Positions 48,877 to 62,477 of a stretch of 64,000 nucleotides of DNA are shown here, one piece after another. Position numbers and translations under genes: made by a program. The stretch covers positions 87,730,001-87,794,000 of the forward strand of contig OX597822.1 in NCBI GenBank assembly GCA_951406725.2, in the 5' to 3' direction. Under the pieces are notes generated by a model. The model worked only from the letters and a program-made list of their open reading frames with translations, was not told the DNA's origin and did no database searches. Positions within the stretch are counted from its first letter, which is position 1. Every line of letters begins with the position of its first letter. This DNA is from Octopus vulgaris (taxonomy: Eukaryota).

Positions 48877-49768
48877 CTAGCAGTGTCGCCTGGCGTTGCT
48901 CGGGTTTGTAAGGGAAATAACTATAAAGCATTTTTAGAGAGTTATAGCCAAAAAATAGCAAAAAATGCATTAAAAATCGATATCCACGAAATAATCATAC
49001 ATCGTAGACATTTTTAGAGAGTTACTTCCCTTATATAATAGCAAAAAAAATTCATTAAAATGGAAAAAAATTATGGTAAATTATTTTTTAAATCATAGAC
49101 TCATCATAGACGCGCGCTAATACCCAGAAGGGCTCGATATGAATCACGACTATAAGATACCCGGTTTTGGTTAAACTGCACCGCAAAATGTGGGAGTAGT
49201 TAGGAATCTAAATCGTAGGAGACAGACACACAACTTCACTTTTATATATAAAGATTTGTGCAACAACTAAAACATTCGGTTGTGCAAATTGTTTGCACAG
49301 GAAACCTGCCCTGTGTGGCGGTTTTTGCCGTTTTTGTGGATCTGTTTCAGCTTTTTTAGCGATTTCTGTTTTGGCGACTTCAAGCCATGAAGTCGTTGTT
49401 CTAAAAGAACGCTGGTCTCCTTGACAACCCTTTACGACGTTGATTTCCTTACACTCCCTTCCCCACAGCTTCACGAGGGAGGGAAGAAGGGGGAGAAGCA
49501 ACACAGGTGCAGGTGTGAGCATGGACGCCAACTCCGCTGCCATCGACACACAAAAAAATATGCGTTAAAATGGAAAAAAATTATGGTAAATTATTTTTAA
49601 AATCGTAGACTCATTGTAGACGCGCGCGAATACCCAGACGGGCTCGATATGAATCATGACTATAAGATACCCGAATTTGGTTAAACTGCACTGCAAAATG
49701 TGGGAGTAGTTAGGAATCTAAATCGTAGGAGACAGACACTCACATAACTTCACTTTTATATATATAGA
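48877..49768 (-). mobile_element. Composite non-autonomous Helitron with a duplicated 5' end
   Basis: a|CTAG plus cctggcgttgctcgg hairpin region; ~200-bp direct repeat 49055-49255 / 49565-49768, each ending cttttatatata..agat. Confidence 0.82.
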
Positions 49769-50254
49769 TATATAGTTTAAATACGGAGTTTTTAATATAG
49801 ACACATGTGTGCGTATGTGTAGATGTATGTAACATGGTATAATTAGAAACAGGGCAAATTTTAGCCATTTCTCTGCAGACTGAAAAAAATATGATGAACA
49901 ACATTAATCAACTTCCAAACCTTATTGGTTTCTCATCAGAGGTGTGTACATGATTCTGACAGTCTCCAGAGAAACAAGCAGCCAGACTGCTTATATACTC
50001 AACAAATGCGGCAGTTACTCTATAAAGGAGTCCCTTACTTGCATACCGAAAGTGTTTAACACTACAAATACTAGTGGCCTTTCAACGGGGATCTTAGGCC
50101 ACACAATATCAAGGTATGATGTAATATATATGTAACATATGGTATGTATGTATGTATGTATGTATGCTTGTATATTTTTAATTATTTTTCTATATATACA
50201 TTTTTATATTTTTTATATATATATTTTTTCATTCTCTCATGTTTATCTTTCGGT

Positions 50255-51262
50255 TGTAAAGCAAAGGCTCGAGGTGTTTTTGCCGGTTTTGATGATCTCT
50301 AAGGGGATGCCGTCTTTTCCCGGAGCCTTGTTACTTGCTAGGGAGTCAATAACCTTGGCAGACAGTCAAGTTCGCACATGACTGGCAAGATCTTGACACC
50401 CTCGATTGCAGCCTCAGCTACCGTGGTCTCCCGTGAGTAGAGATCCTTGTAGTACTCCACCCGTCTATCCATTTGCTTGCTTTGGTCCTTGATGAGATCT
50501 CCAGTAGCTGATTTCAGAGGGGCTGACTTGGTTGCGGATGAACCGAGAGCCTTCTTCAAACTGGCATACATCCCATGGGTGTTGCCACTGTCAGCAGCTG
50601 ACAGGATACTCTGACAGATTTCCTGCCAATACCTATTTGCACAGTGTCTGGCAGTCAGTTGGGTTTTATTTCTTGCCTTTCTGAGTTCTTCGAGTGACTT
50701 TGTAGAAGAATCACTCTTGTATTGCATCAGAGCTGCACACTTTGCTTCAATAACTGTTTCCAGCTCTGAGAGCCCAGCACTGAAACAATCTTTCTCTCAT
50801 GCTGAAAGTATCTATTGATGTGGTATACAAAGCTTCCCTGATATAATTCCACCTACTTTCAGCAGAGGAGGTTGGGCAGCTACTGAGGGCAACCTTGACA
50901 GAAATAGCAAAACATTGTCGCAGTGTAGGGTCCAAGGTTCCGGCAGTGTTAATGCGTGGTCGGCCCATTTTCTTAGAGTGATGGACTTTTTTAGGCAGAA
51001 TCATCACCCTGCTTCTTATTAGTGAATGATCTGTGTCACAATCCACGCTGTGGTATCTACTAGTCAGTTGAACAGAATTCAGAAAGGATCTTCATGTAAT
51101 GATGAGATCCAGCTGATGCCAGTGGTGAGATCTTGGATGTCTCCAAGATGCCTTGTGGGATGTCTCGTTGGCAAAGAATGTGTTAGTGATGCACAGGTTA
51201 TATAATATGTGCAAAATTCAAGTAGTCTCTGAGCATTTTCATTCATGTTGCCAATTCCAAAA
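50255..51262 (-). pseudogene. RTE/BovB-like LINE fragment (endonuclease end to RT start)
   Basis: GIGNMNENAQRLLEFC, WRHPRSHHWHQLDLII, DCDTDHSLIRSRV, KAPGKDGIP. Confidence 0.85.
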
Positions 51263-51369
51263 CACATACACTTACATAAATACACTTACATTTATACATA
51301 TATACATATATATGTATATACATATATATATACATGTATATACACATATATACATATATATACATATAT

Positions 51370-54300
51370 ACAGGAGGTCTGCACTATACAGGCACTTGTC
51401 CCTATATACTCTCTATATGCCCAAATGCCCATATACTGTATATAGACCCAGAGGCCTATATAATGTATATAGGCCAAGGGGGTCTACAGTGCATACAGGC
51501 ACTGCATGCCTATATAGACTATAAACATTATATATGCCCAGGGCCTATATAGTGTATATAGGCCCATGGGACTTTATAGTGTATATAGACACAGGGGCCC
51601 ATATAATGAATACAGGCCCAGGGGGCCTATATAGAATATACAGCTCTCCTGTCTCAACATAGATTTCATGAAAAGTTTGAAAATCTTATAGAGGGTTTTG
51701 CTGATAATTCTGAAAAACGTTTCAAAGGAATTTGATGAAAATTTTGAAAAAATTTTAGAGGATTTTGGTGTAAATTTTGACAAACTTTTCAAAGAAATTC
51801 AAGGAAAATTATCAAAAACTTTTCTAAGGAATATGATAAAAATTTTGAAAAACTTTTAGAGGATTTTTGTGAAAATTTAGACATTCTTTTCTGAGGAATT
51901 TGATGAAAATTTTGAAAAACATTTCAAAGGAATTTGATGAGAATTTTAAAAAACATTTTTAAGGTATTTGATGAAAATTTGAAAAACTTTTCAAAGGTAT
52001 TTGATGAAATTTTTGAAAAAACTATCGTGAAACACTGAGAAGTTTTTTCAGAATTTTCATGGAAAACTTTCGAAAGTATTGAAAATTTTCATCAAATTAC
52101 ATTGAAATGTTTTTCAAAATTTTCATGAAATTCCTTTTAAAACTTTTTTCAAAATTTTCATCATAATACTATACAGGTGCAGAAGTTGCAATATAGGCCC
52201 AGATGTTCCTAGAGTCTGCTGAGGAGACTATATAAGCTATTTATGGGTGCCAATATAGATTATATTGGCTGAGTAGGAACCTATATAGATTGCATAGGAC
52301 CGTGGGCCTATATAGCTTATAACGTACAGGTGGGGCGCGAAATAGCCTAAAAAGAACCCGTGAGCACATATATTTGTGCAATTTTTCATCATATCCCTTT
52401 AAAAAGTTTTTCAGAAATTCAAAGTAAATCAATCGAATATACTTTGAAAATTTTCGTCCGTATCATATACAGGTGCAGAAGTTGCAATATAGGCCCAGTT
52501 TCTTTTTCAGAGGCTATATAGGCTCACTCAATATGGGCGAATATGCACTATATAGTGTATATAAGCCCAGAGGCCTATACAGTGTATATAGGCACATGGG
52601 CCTATATAGTGTATAGAGATTCATGAGCCTATATAATGTATACCGGCCCAGGGAGCTTATAGTGTATAGTGGACCAGTACGCCTGCACTATACAGGAACT
52701 TGTCCCTATATATACATTTTGTGCCCAGATGCCAATATACTGTATATAGGACCAGAGGCCTATATAATATATATACGCCAAAGGGGTCTATAGTGCATAC
52801 AGGCACTGCATGACTATATGACCAGGGCCTATATAGTGTTATAGGCCCATGGGCAAATATAGTGTATATAGGCCCATCGGCCTATATACTGTATATAGAC
52901 ACAGGTGCCTATATAATTAATACCAGCCCAGGGGGCCGATAGTGTATATTGGACCAGGGAACCTAGACTATACAGGCCCTTGTCCCTATATATAGTGTAT
53001 ATAGGCCTAGGGGCCGATACAATGTATATAGGCACAGGGTGCCTATATACACTATATTGGAGCAGAGGGCCTATATAGACTATACAGCCCTCCTGTCTCT
53101 ACATGAAAATTTTGAAAAACTTTAGGAGTTTGGTGAAAATTCAGAAAAACTTTTCAAAGGAATTTGATGAGAATTTTGAAAATCTTTTAGAGGATTTTGT
53201 TGAAAATTTTTGACAACCTCATCAAAGGAATGGGAGGAAAATTTTAAAAAACTTTTCTAAGGAATTTGATAAAAGTTTTGAAAAACTTTTGGGGGATTTT
53301 TGTGAAAATTTTGACAAGGAAATTAATGAACATTTAAAAAACATTTTAAAGGAATCTAATGAAAATTTGAAAAACTTTTCAAAGGAAATTGATGAAATTT
53401 AAAAAAAATATTTTGTGAAAAGCTGAAAAGTTTTATCAAAATTTTCATCAAAATCTGAAAATTTTTTCAGAATTTTCATGGAACACTTTGGAAATTTTGA
53501 AAATTTTCATCAAATTCGAATGAAATGTTTTTCAAAAGTTTAATCAAATTTCTGTTAAAAATTTTTTCAAAGTTTTCATCAAAATCCTATACAGGTGCCT
53601 CAGTTGCAATATAGGCCCAAGTGATCCTAGACTCTGCTTAGGAGACTATATAAGCTACTTATGCGTGCCAATATAGATTATATAGGCCGAGTAGGTGCCT
53701 TCATAGATTGCATAGGACCCTGGGCCTATATAGCATATAACGTACTGGTTGAGCGCGAAATAGCCTAAAAAGAACCCGTGGGCTTATATATTTTTGCAAT
53801 GTTTCATCACATTCCTTTGAAAAGTTTTTCAGAAATTTGAAGTAAAACAATTGAATATACTTTGAAAATTTTCATCCGTATCCTATACAGGTGCAGAAGT
53901 TGCAATATAGGGCCAGTTTTTTTTCTGAAGCTATATAGGCCAAGGGGGTACTGCATGCTTCTATAGACTAAACAGACACCCGTCTCTATATACATTATGT
54001 ATGCTCAGGGCCTATATAGTGTTATAGGCCCATGGGCCAATATAGTGTATATAAACAGAGGGGCCTATATAATGAATACAATCCCTAGGGGCTAATTGTG
54101 TATATTGGATCAGGGAACCTAGACTATACAGGTTCTTGTCCCTATATATACAATATAGGCCCAGAGGCCTATTAACGTAAAGGTGGGGCGCAGAATAGCC
54201 TAAAAAGAACCTGTGGGCGTATATATTTTTGTAATTTTTCATCATATTCCTTTTAGAGGATTTTGTTGAAAATTTTTGCAACCTTATCAAAGGAATGGGA

Positions 54301-57300
54301 GGAAAATTTTCAAAATCTGTTGGAAGGAATATGATAAAAATTTTGTGAAAATAGGCCCTAAAGAATTTGATGAAAATTTTCAAAAACCTTTCAAAGGAAT
54401 TTGATGAACATCTTAAAAAACATTTTTAAGGAATCTGATGAAAATTTAACAAACTTTTCAAAGGAAATTGATGAAATTTTTGAAAAATTTTTCATGAAAT
54501 ACTAAAAAGTTTTATAAAAATTTTCATAAAAATTTTCTGAATACTTTTTCAGATTTTTTATGAAACTCTTTGGAAAGTTATGAAAAAAATTTATAGTGTT
54601 ATAGGACCATGGGCCTATATAGTGCATATAGACACAGGAGCCTATATAATGAATACAAGCCCAAGGGGCCTATAGTGTATATTGGATCGGGGAACCTAGA
54701 CTATACAGGTCCTTGTCTCTATATACACTATATAGGCCCAGAGGACTATATAGCGTATATAGGCCTAGGTGTCTAAATAATGTATATAGGCACAGGGTGC
54801 CTATATTGTATATAGGCAAAGGGTGCCCATATACACAATATTGGAGCAGAGGGCCTATATAGAATATACAGCCCTCCTGATGAAAATTTTAAAAACTTTC
54901 CAAAGGAAATTGATGAAATTTTTGAAAAATATTTCCTGAAATACTGAAAAGTTTTATCAAAATTTTAATAAAAATCTTCTGAAAATTCTTTCAGAATTTT
55001 TATAGAACACTTTGGAAAGTTTTTAAAATTTTCACCAAATTACATTGAAATGTTTTTCAAAAGTTTAATCAAATTCCTCTTAAAACTTTTTTCAAAATTT
55101 TCATCAAAATCCTATACAGGTGCAGGAGTTGAAATATAGGCCCAGATGTTCCTAGAGTCTGCTTAGGAGACCATATAAGCTATTTATGGGTGCCAATATA
55201 GATTACATAGGCCTAGTAGGGGCCTATATAGATTGCATAGAACCCTGGACCTATATAGCTTATAACGTAAAGGTGGGGTGTGAAATAGCCCAAATGGAAC
55301 CCGTGGGCGTATATATTTTTGCAATTTTTCATCACATTCCTTTGGAAAGTTTTTCAGAAATTTGAAGCAAATCAATTGAAAATACTTTGCAAATTTTCAT
55401 CCGTATCATATACAGGTGCAGAAGTTGCAATATAGGCCTGGATTTTTTTCAGAAGCTATATAGGCTCACTCAAAACGGGCGAATATGCACTATATAGTGT
55501 ATATAAGCCCAGAGGCCTATAGAGGATATGTAGACCCATCAGCCTATATAGAGTGTATAGACTCAGGGGCCCATATAATGTATACCAGCCCAGGGAGCTT
55601 ATAGTGTATAGTGGACCAGGACGCCTGCACTATACAGGCACTTGTCCTTATATAATCTTTTTGTGACCAGATGCCCATATACTGTATATAGGCCCAGAGG
55701 CCTTTATAATGTACATAGGCCAAGAGGGTCTATAGTGCATATATAGACTATACAGATACCTGTCTCTATATACATTATATATGCCCAGGGCCTATATAGT
55801 GTTATAGGTCCATGGGCTTATATAGCGTATATAGGCCCATCGGCCTATATAGTGTATATAGACACAGGGGCCTATATAATGAATACAAACCCAGTGGGCC
55901 GATAGTGTATATTGGACAAGGGAACCTAGACTTGTATAGGTCCTTGTCCCTATATACACTAAATAGGCCTAATATAGTGTATATGGGTACAGGGTGCCTA
56001 TATACACTATATTGGAGCAGATGTCCTATATAGACTATACAGCCCTCCTGTCCCTACATGATAATTTTGAAATACTTAGAGGATTTGGGTGAAAATTCTG
56101 AAAAACTTTTCAAAGGAATTTGATGAAAATTTTGAAAATCTTTTGGAGGATTTTGTTGAAAATTTTGACAACCTTATCAAAGGAATGGGAGGAAAATTTT
56201 CAAAAACTTTCCTAAGGAATATAATAAAAATTTTGAAAAACTTTTAGAGGAATCTAATGAAAATCCTGAAAAACGTTTCAAAGGAATTTGATGAGAATTT
56301 TGAGGATTTTGTTGAAAATATTGACAAACTTTTCTAAGGAACTTGATGAAAAATTGAAAACCCTTCAAAGGAGTTTGATGAACATCTTAAAAAACATTTT
56401 TAAGGAATCTGATGAAAATTTGAAAACTTTTCAAAGGAAATTTTTGAAATTTGATATAGCCCCAGATGCCTGTATCGCGTATATAGGTACAGGGGCCTAT
56501 ATAATGTTATAGGCATAGGGTTCCTATATTGTATATAGGTACAGGGTGCCCATACACACTATATTGGAGCAGACGGGCTATATAGACGATAGAGCCTTCC
56601 TGTACCTACATAGATTTCATGAAAATTTTGAAGAACTTTTAGAGGATTTTGTTGAAAATTCTGAAAAACTTTTCAAAAGAATTTGATGAGAATTTTGAAA
56701 ATCTTTTGGAGGATTTTGTTGAAAATTTTGACAACCTTATCAAAGGAATGGGAGGAAAATTTTCAAAAACTTTTCTAAGGAATATGATAAAAATTTTGAA
56801 AAACTTTTAGAGGACTTTTGTGAAAATTCTGACAAACTTTTCTAAGGAATTTGATGAAAATTTTTAAAAACCTTTCAAAGGAATTTGATGAACATCTTAA
56901 AAAATATTTTGAAGGAATCTGATGAAAATTTGAAAAACTTTTGAAAGGAAATTGATGAAATTTTTAAACGATATTTTGTGAAATACTGAAAAGTTTTATC
57001 AAAAATTTTCATCAAAATCTTCTGAAAACTTTTTCAAAATTTTCATGGAACACTTTGGAAAGTTTTGAAAAGTTTCATCAAATTCCATTGAAATGTTTTT
57101 CAAAAGTTTAATCAAATTCCTTTAAAAAATGTTTTCAAAATCCTATACAGGTGCAGAAGTTGCAATATAGGTCCAGGTGTTCCTAGAGTCTGCTTAGGAG
57201 ACTATATAAACTATTTATGGGTGCCAATATAGATTATATAGGCCGAGTAGGGGCCTATATAGATTGCATAGGATCCCGGGCCTATATAGCTTATAACGTT

Positions 57301-60300
57301 CCGGGGGTCCGCGAAATAGCCTAAAAGGACCCGTGGGCGTATATACTTTTGCAATTTTTCATCATCACTTCAGCAGTGAAGAAAAGCACCACAGAGCGCT
57401 GGAGTGGCTGGACTGCACCCACCCAACACCCTGAGAACAACAATCAGGAGAGGGAAATGATTACATATGCAATAGGGGTCAGTGTAAAAGCTACCTTGAA
57501 AAACCACATAGTAAAGTTTAAGAAAAAAACTATACATGCAGGTTCAAGGTGCAGCCATTGGTGTAGCTGGAGATGTGGCTGGCCTCTTCATGACATGGTG
57601 GGACAGAAAATTTAAACAAATGTTAGCAGAACAGTCCATAACTCTTCTACTCTACAGTAGATATGTAGATGATATTAATATCATGGTTCGAACCAACTCT
57701 AGTGACGGTAATGTAGAGACTGAGAAGAACGTAATGGAGAGCATCTAGCAAATAGTATCAAGGTAACTATAGATTACCCCACTAAGAACCCTAACAATAG
57801 ACTCCTTGTACTTGATACTGAACTTTGGTTAGAGACTGTGAACAATAGAATGCACATGAAACCCATAACTTCAAAATCTGTTGTTCACAAGAACTCAGCT
57901 TTGTCAGACAACATTAAAATTAACATACTAATAGCAGACCTAGTTAGAATAATGAACAATGTGTCCTCACCATGCAAACCCTATGAAATGAAGAAACATA
58001 TACAGAACTTCATATACCGCATGCAGTTCTCTGGATATGATCAGAAAGATAGGGTTCATGTATACAGGTGGGCTAGAAAGAAATTAGATAACATTATGCA
58101 TAATGATACCAGTGGTACCTGCCCTAGATATAGAAACAAAGAATGGAATAGAATACAAAGAGCTTGTGACAAAGCAAACAGGGCGAACACATGGTACAAA
58201 ACTGACAAATATCAAGGAGTGATGTTTGTAGAGGCCACAGCTCATGGAGAACTAGCCCGTAGATTTAGAAAAGCTCTGAAGGAGACCAAAGTCAACATTA
58301 AAATTGTTGAAAAGCCAGGGAACTCCGTCAGATCACAACTATGTAGGACGTACCCGTTTAAGAATACCATATGCACCAATGATAACTGCATGGTATGTAG
58401 AATTAGCCCTGGTATTAACTGTAGAACTCGAAATGTAGTTTACAGCATAAGATGCATAGAAGGTGCTTGTAAGGACATGAACATGATGGACATAGGGGAG
58501 ACATCTAGGAGCATTGCGGAACGACTAAATGAACATCTGAGATAATATGACGACAAAAAACAGTCCTCCACTTTGGAACACTTTGGAAAGTTTTTAAAAT
58601 TTTCATCAAATTCCATTGAAATGTTTTTCAAAAGTTTAATCAAATTCTGTTTCAAAATCCTATACAGGTGCAGAAGTTGCAATATAGGCCCAGGTGTTCC
58701 TAGAGTCTGCTTAGGAGAGTATATAAGCTATTTATGGGTGCCAATATAGATTATATAGGCCAAATAGGGGCCTATATAGATTGCATAGAACCCTGGGCCT
58801 ACAATGGACTGGTGGGGCTCGAAAGAGCCTAAAAAGAACCTGTGGGCGTATATATTTTTGGAATTTTCATCATATTCCTTTGAAAAGTTTTTCAGAAATT
58901 TGAAGTATATCAATTGAAAATACTTTGAAAATTTTCATCCCTGTCCTATACATGTGCAGAAGTTGCAATATAGGCCCATTTTTTTTTCAGAAGCTATATA
59001 GGCTCACTCAATATGGGCGAATATGCACTACATAGTGTATATAAGCCCAGAGGCCTATAGAGTGTATATAGGTCCATGGGCCTATATAGTGTATATAGAC
59101 TCACGGTCCTATATAATGTATACGTGTAGTGGACCAGGAGGCCTGCACTATACAGGCACTTGTCCCAATATACTCTCTATATGCCCAGATGCTCATATAC
59201 TGTATATAGGCCAAGAGGCCTATATAATGTATATAGGCCAAGGGTGTCTATAGTGCATACAGGCACTGCATGCCTATACAGACTATACAGACACATGTCT
59301 TTATATACATTATACATGCCCAGGGCCTATATAGTGTATATAGGCCCATGTGCCTACATAGTTTATATAGACACAGGAGCCTACATAATGAATACAAGCC
59401 CAGTAGGCCAATAGTGTATATTGTACCAGAGAACCTAGACTATACAGGCCCTTGTCCCTTTATACACTATATAGGCCCAGAGGCCTATATAGGTCTACGG
59501 GCCTATATAATGCATATAGGTACAGGGTGCCTATAGTGTATATAGGTACAGGGGGACCTATATACACTATTTTGGAGCAGGGGGGGGCCTATATAGAATA
59601 TACAGCCCTCCTGTCTCTCCATAGATTTCATGAAAATTTTGAAAATCTTTTAGAGGGTTTTGGTAAAAATTCTAAAAAACTTTTCAAAGAAATTCGAGGA
59701 AAACTTTCAAAAACTTTTCTAAGGAATATGATAAAAATTTTGAAAAACTTTTAGAGGATTTTTGTGAAAATTTTGACAATCTTTTCTAATGAAATTAGAT
59801 AAAAATTTTGAAAAACAGCTCAAAGGAATTTGATGAGAATTTAAAAAGAACCAAGGCCTATATTGTGTATATAGACACAGAGGCCTAAATAATGAATACA
59901 GGCCCAAGGACCGGTAGTGTATATTTTACCAGGGAACCTAGACTATACAGGCCCTTGTCCCTATATACACTATGTAGACCCAGGGGCCTATATAGCGTAT
60001 TTATGTCTAGGGGCCTATATAATTTATATAGGCACAGGGTGCCTATATTTTATATAGGTACAGGGGGCCTATATGCACTATATTGGAGCAGGAGGCCTAT
60101 ATAGACTATACAGCCCTCCTGTCCCTAGATTTCATAAAAATTTTGAAAAACTTTTAGAGGATTTTGTAGAAAATTCTGAAAACTTTTCAAAGGAATTTGA
60201 TGAACATTTTAAATAACATTTGTAAGGAATTTGATGAAAATTTGAAAAACTTTTCAAAGGAAATTGATGAAATTTAAAAAAAAAAATTTCATGAAACATT

Positions 60301-61280
60301 GAAAAGTTTTATCAAAATTTTCATCAAACTCTTCTTTTCATGGAACACTTTGTAAAGTATTGAAAATTCCATTGAAATGTTTTTCAAAATTTTCATGAAA
60401 TTCCTTTAAAAAATTTTTTCTAAATTTTCGTCAAAATCCTGTACAGGTGCAGAAGTTGCAATACAGGCCCAGGTGTTCCTAGAATATGCTTAAGAGACTA
60501 TAGAAGCTATTTATACCCACGGGTGTCAATATAGACTATATAGGCCAAGTAGGGGCTTATTATTGCATAGGACCCTGGACCTATATAGCTTATAACGTAC
60601 TGGTGCAGCGTGAACTAGCCTACATATATTTTTGCAATTTTTCATCATATTCCTTTGAATAGTTTTTTCAGAAATTTGAAGTAAATCAATTGAAAATTTT
60701 CATCCATATCCTATGCAGGTGCAAATGTTGCAATATAGGCCGTTTTTTTTTCAGAGGCTATATAGGCTCACTCAATATGGGCAAATATGCACTATATAGT
60801 GTATATAGGCCCATGGGCCTATATAGTGTATATAGACTCCGGGGCTTATATAATGTATACAGGCCCAGGGAGCCTATAGTGTATAGTGGACCAGGAGGCC
60901 TGCACTATACAGGCACTTGTCCCTATATACTCTTTTTGTGCCCAGATGCCCATATACAGATGCCTATATAATGTATATAGGCCAAGGGGGTCTATAGTGC
61001 ATACAGGCACTGCATGCTTCTATAGACTATACAGACACCTGTCTCTATATACATTATATATGCCCAGGGTCTATATAGTGTATGTAGACACAGGGGCCTA
61101 TATAATGATTATAGGCCCAGGGGGCCAATAGTGTATATTGGACCAGGGAACTTAAACTATAAAGGTCGTTATACACTATATACGCCCAGAGGCCTATATA
61201 GCATACATAAGCCTAAAGGCCTATATAATGTATATAGGCACAGGGTGCCTATATTGTATATAGGTACAGGGTGCCTATAT
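51370..61280. repeat. Complex higher-order satellite array (~1.4-2 kb units built from ~27-bp and ~35-bp subrepeats)
   Basis: Conserved block tatacaggtgcagaagttgcaatataggccc..cctagagtctgcttaggagac recurs at ~52170, 53588, 55113, 57144, 58661 and 60440. Confidence 0.92.
57365..58570 (+). pseudogene. Penelope-like RT plus GIY-YIG fragment embedded in the satellite
   Basis: GAAIG..AGLFMTWWD, YSRYVDDI, VLDTELW, RMQFSGY, FVEATAHGEL, C..C..C, VVYSIRC..IGETSRSIAERLNEH; frameshifted. Confidence 0.88.
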
Positions 61281-61615
61281 TCCACAGGCATTCCAGAATG
61301 ACATTCCACAGGCATTCCAGATATTCTAGAATGACATTCCAGACATTCCACAGTCATTCCAGTAGGGTAGTCTACCCTACTAAACACCCCCACCATAGAC
61401 TACCAGTACTAGACACAGAACTCTGGCTAGAAACTGTGACTAATAAAACCCAAATCCTTCATTCGTACTATGCCAAACCTATGGCCTCCAAATACTTGAT
61501 CCACCGGAATTCAGCCATCGAGGACAACGTCAAATTCAATATTTTGATGGCAGACCTCGTCAGAATAATGCAAAATGTGTCCCGCATGTGTGAGCCTACA
61601 GAGTTAAAGAGACAC
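61280..61615 (+). mobile_element. Short (cattccag)n-like repeat followed by a second, diverged Penelope RT-thumb fragment
   Basis: YPTKHPHHRLPVLDTELW..HSYYAKPMASKYLIHRNSA..NILMADLVRIM, homologous to 57770-57990. Confidence 0.8.
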
Positions 61616-62477
61616 AGGAGTGTAACGAAAGAACTCTGGCCGAAATAAGATTAAGTTTAATGTAAAAAATAAATAACACTGAAGCAAAGAAACACCAAAT
61701 ATATAGTGCATGTGTTTTTATTGGTTAAACTGGCAAAATGACCATTCCGAAATACAACAATATCTGTTTCAACACACGACTTCACATAAAAAATCTTGCA
61801 CAACAAATATATAAATTAAAATGTATTTTTTTAAATGTTTTGTGAGCTTTGTCATGTTATGTGAAGTAGAGCTGTTTGTCGCTTGTTTTATTAGTTTGAA
61901 TGCTTCAAGCTGATATTGCCTTGTATACATTAGTTGTAAGACATAGTTTCAAGTCCTAATTGGCTACTTAACAAAGACGTTGCTTGCATGGCCTAACATT
62001 CTGTTTGGCTGACTGCTTGGGGACGTCATGCGTTCTGGTCACCTGTTATTGTCCAGCCCTCCGGTTAGCTAACGGTCTGAATGTCATTTGCTTATCAAAT
62101 GAACTGGTCTCCTGTTTTTACCAGACAGTGGTCTAACGTTCCGGCTGACTGATTCTCATATGAAATCAATTTCCAGTCGATGAAATGTATAACAGCATCA
62201 CCCTTTTTCTTCTTTTTATCCTCATCATCTAGTTTCAGCTAGAAACAATCCAGTTGACCAATCTTAGCGTTACATCAGCAAAGAGGATGATAAAAGGCAA
62301 TTACACATCTTTTAGAAATTTTCTTGCCATGAAACTTTTCTTGTGCATTCTCTTTCTTTTAAATTTTCATCTTTTTCTTTAAGTGTTTTTTTTTATTAAG
62401 AAACAAAAGGTTGTTGAAAGCAGTGTGATATTTGATAAATTTTCAAAAATAAAAAGAATATATTTTAAAAGAAAATA

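Noticed and set aside
51370-61280. Many short ORFs and a possible repeat-spacer system
   Set aside because: The ORFs are translations of satellite subrepeats, and the inter-repeat sequence is itself repetitive.
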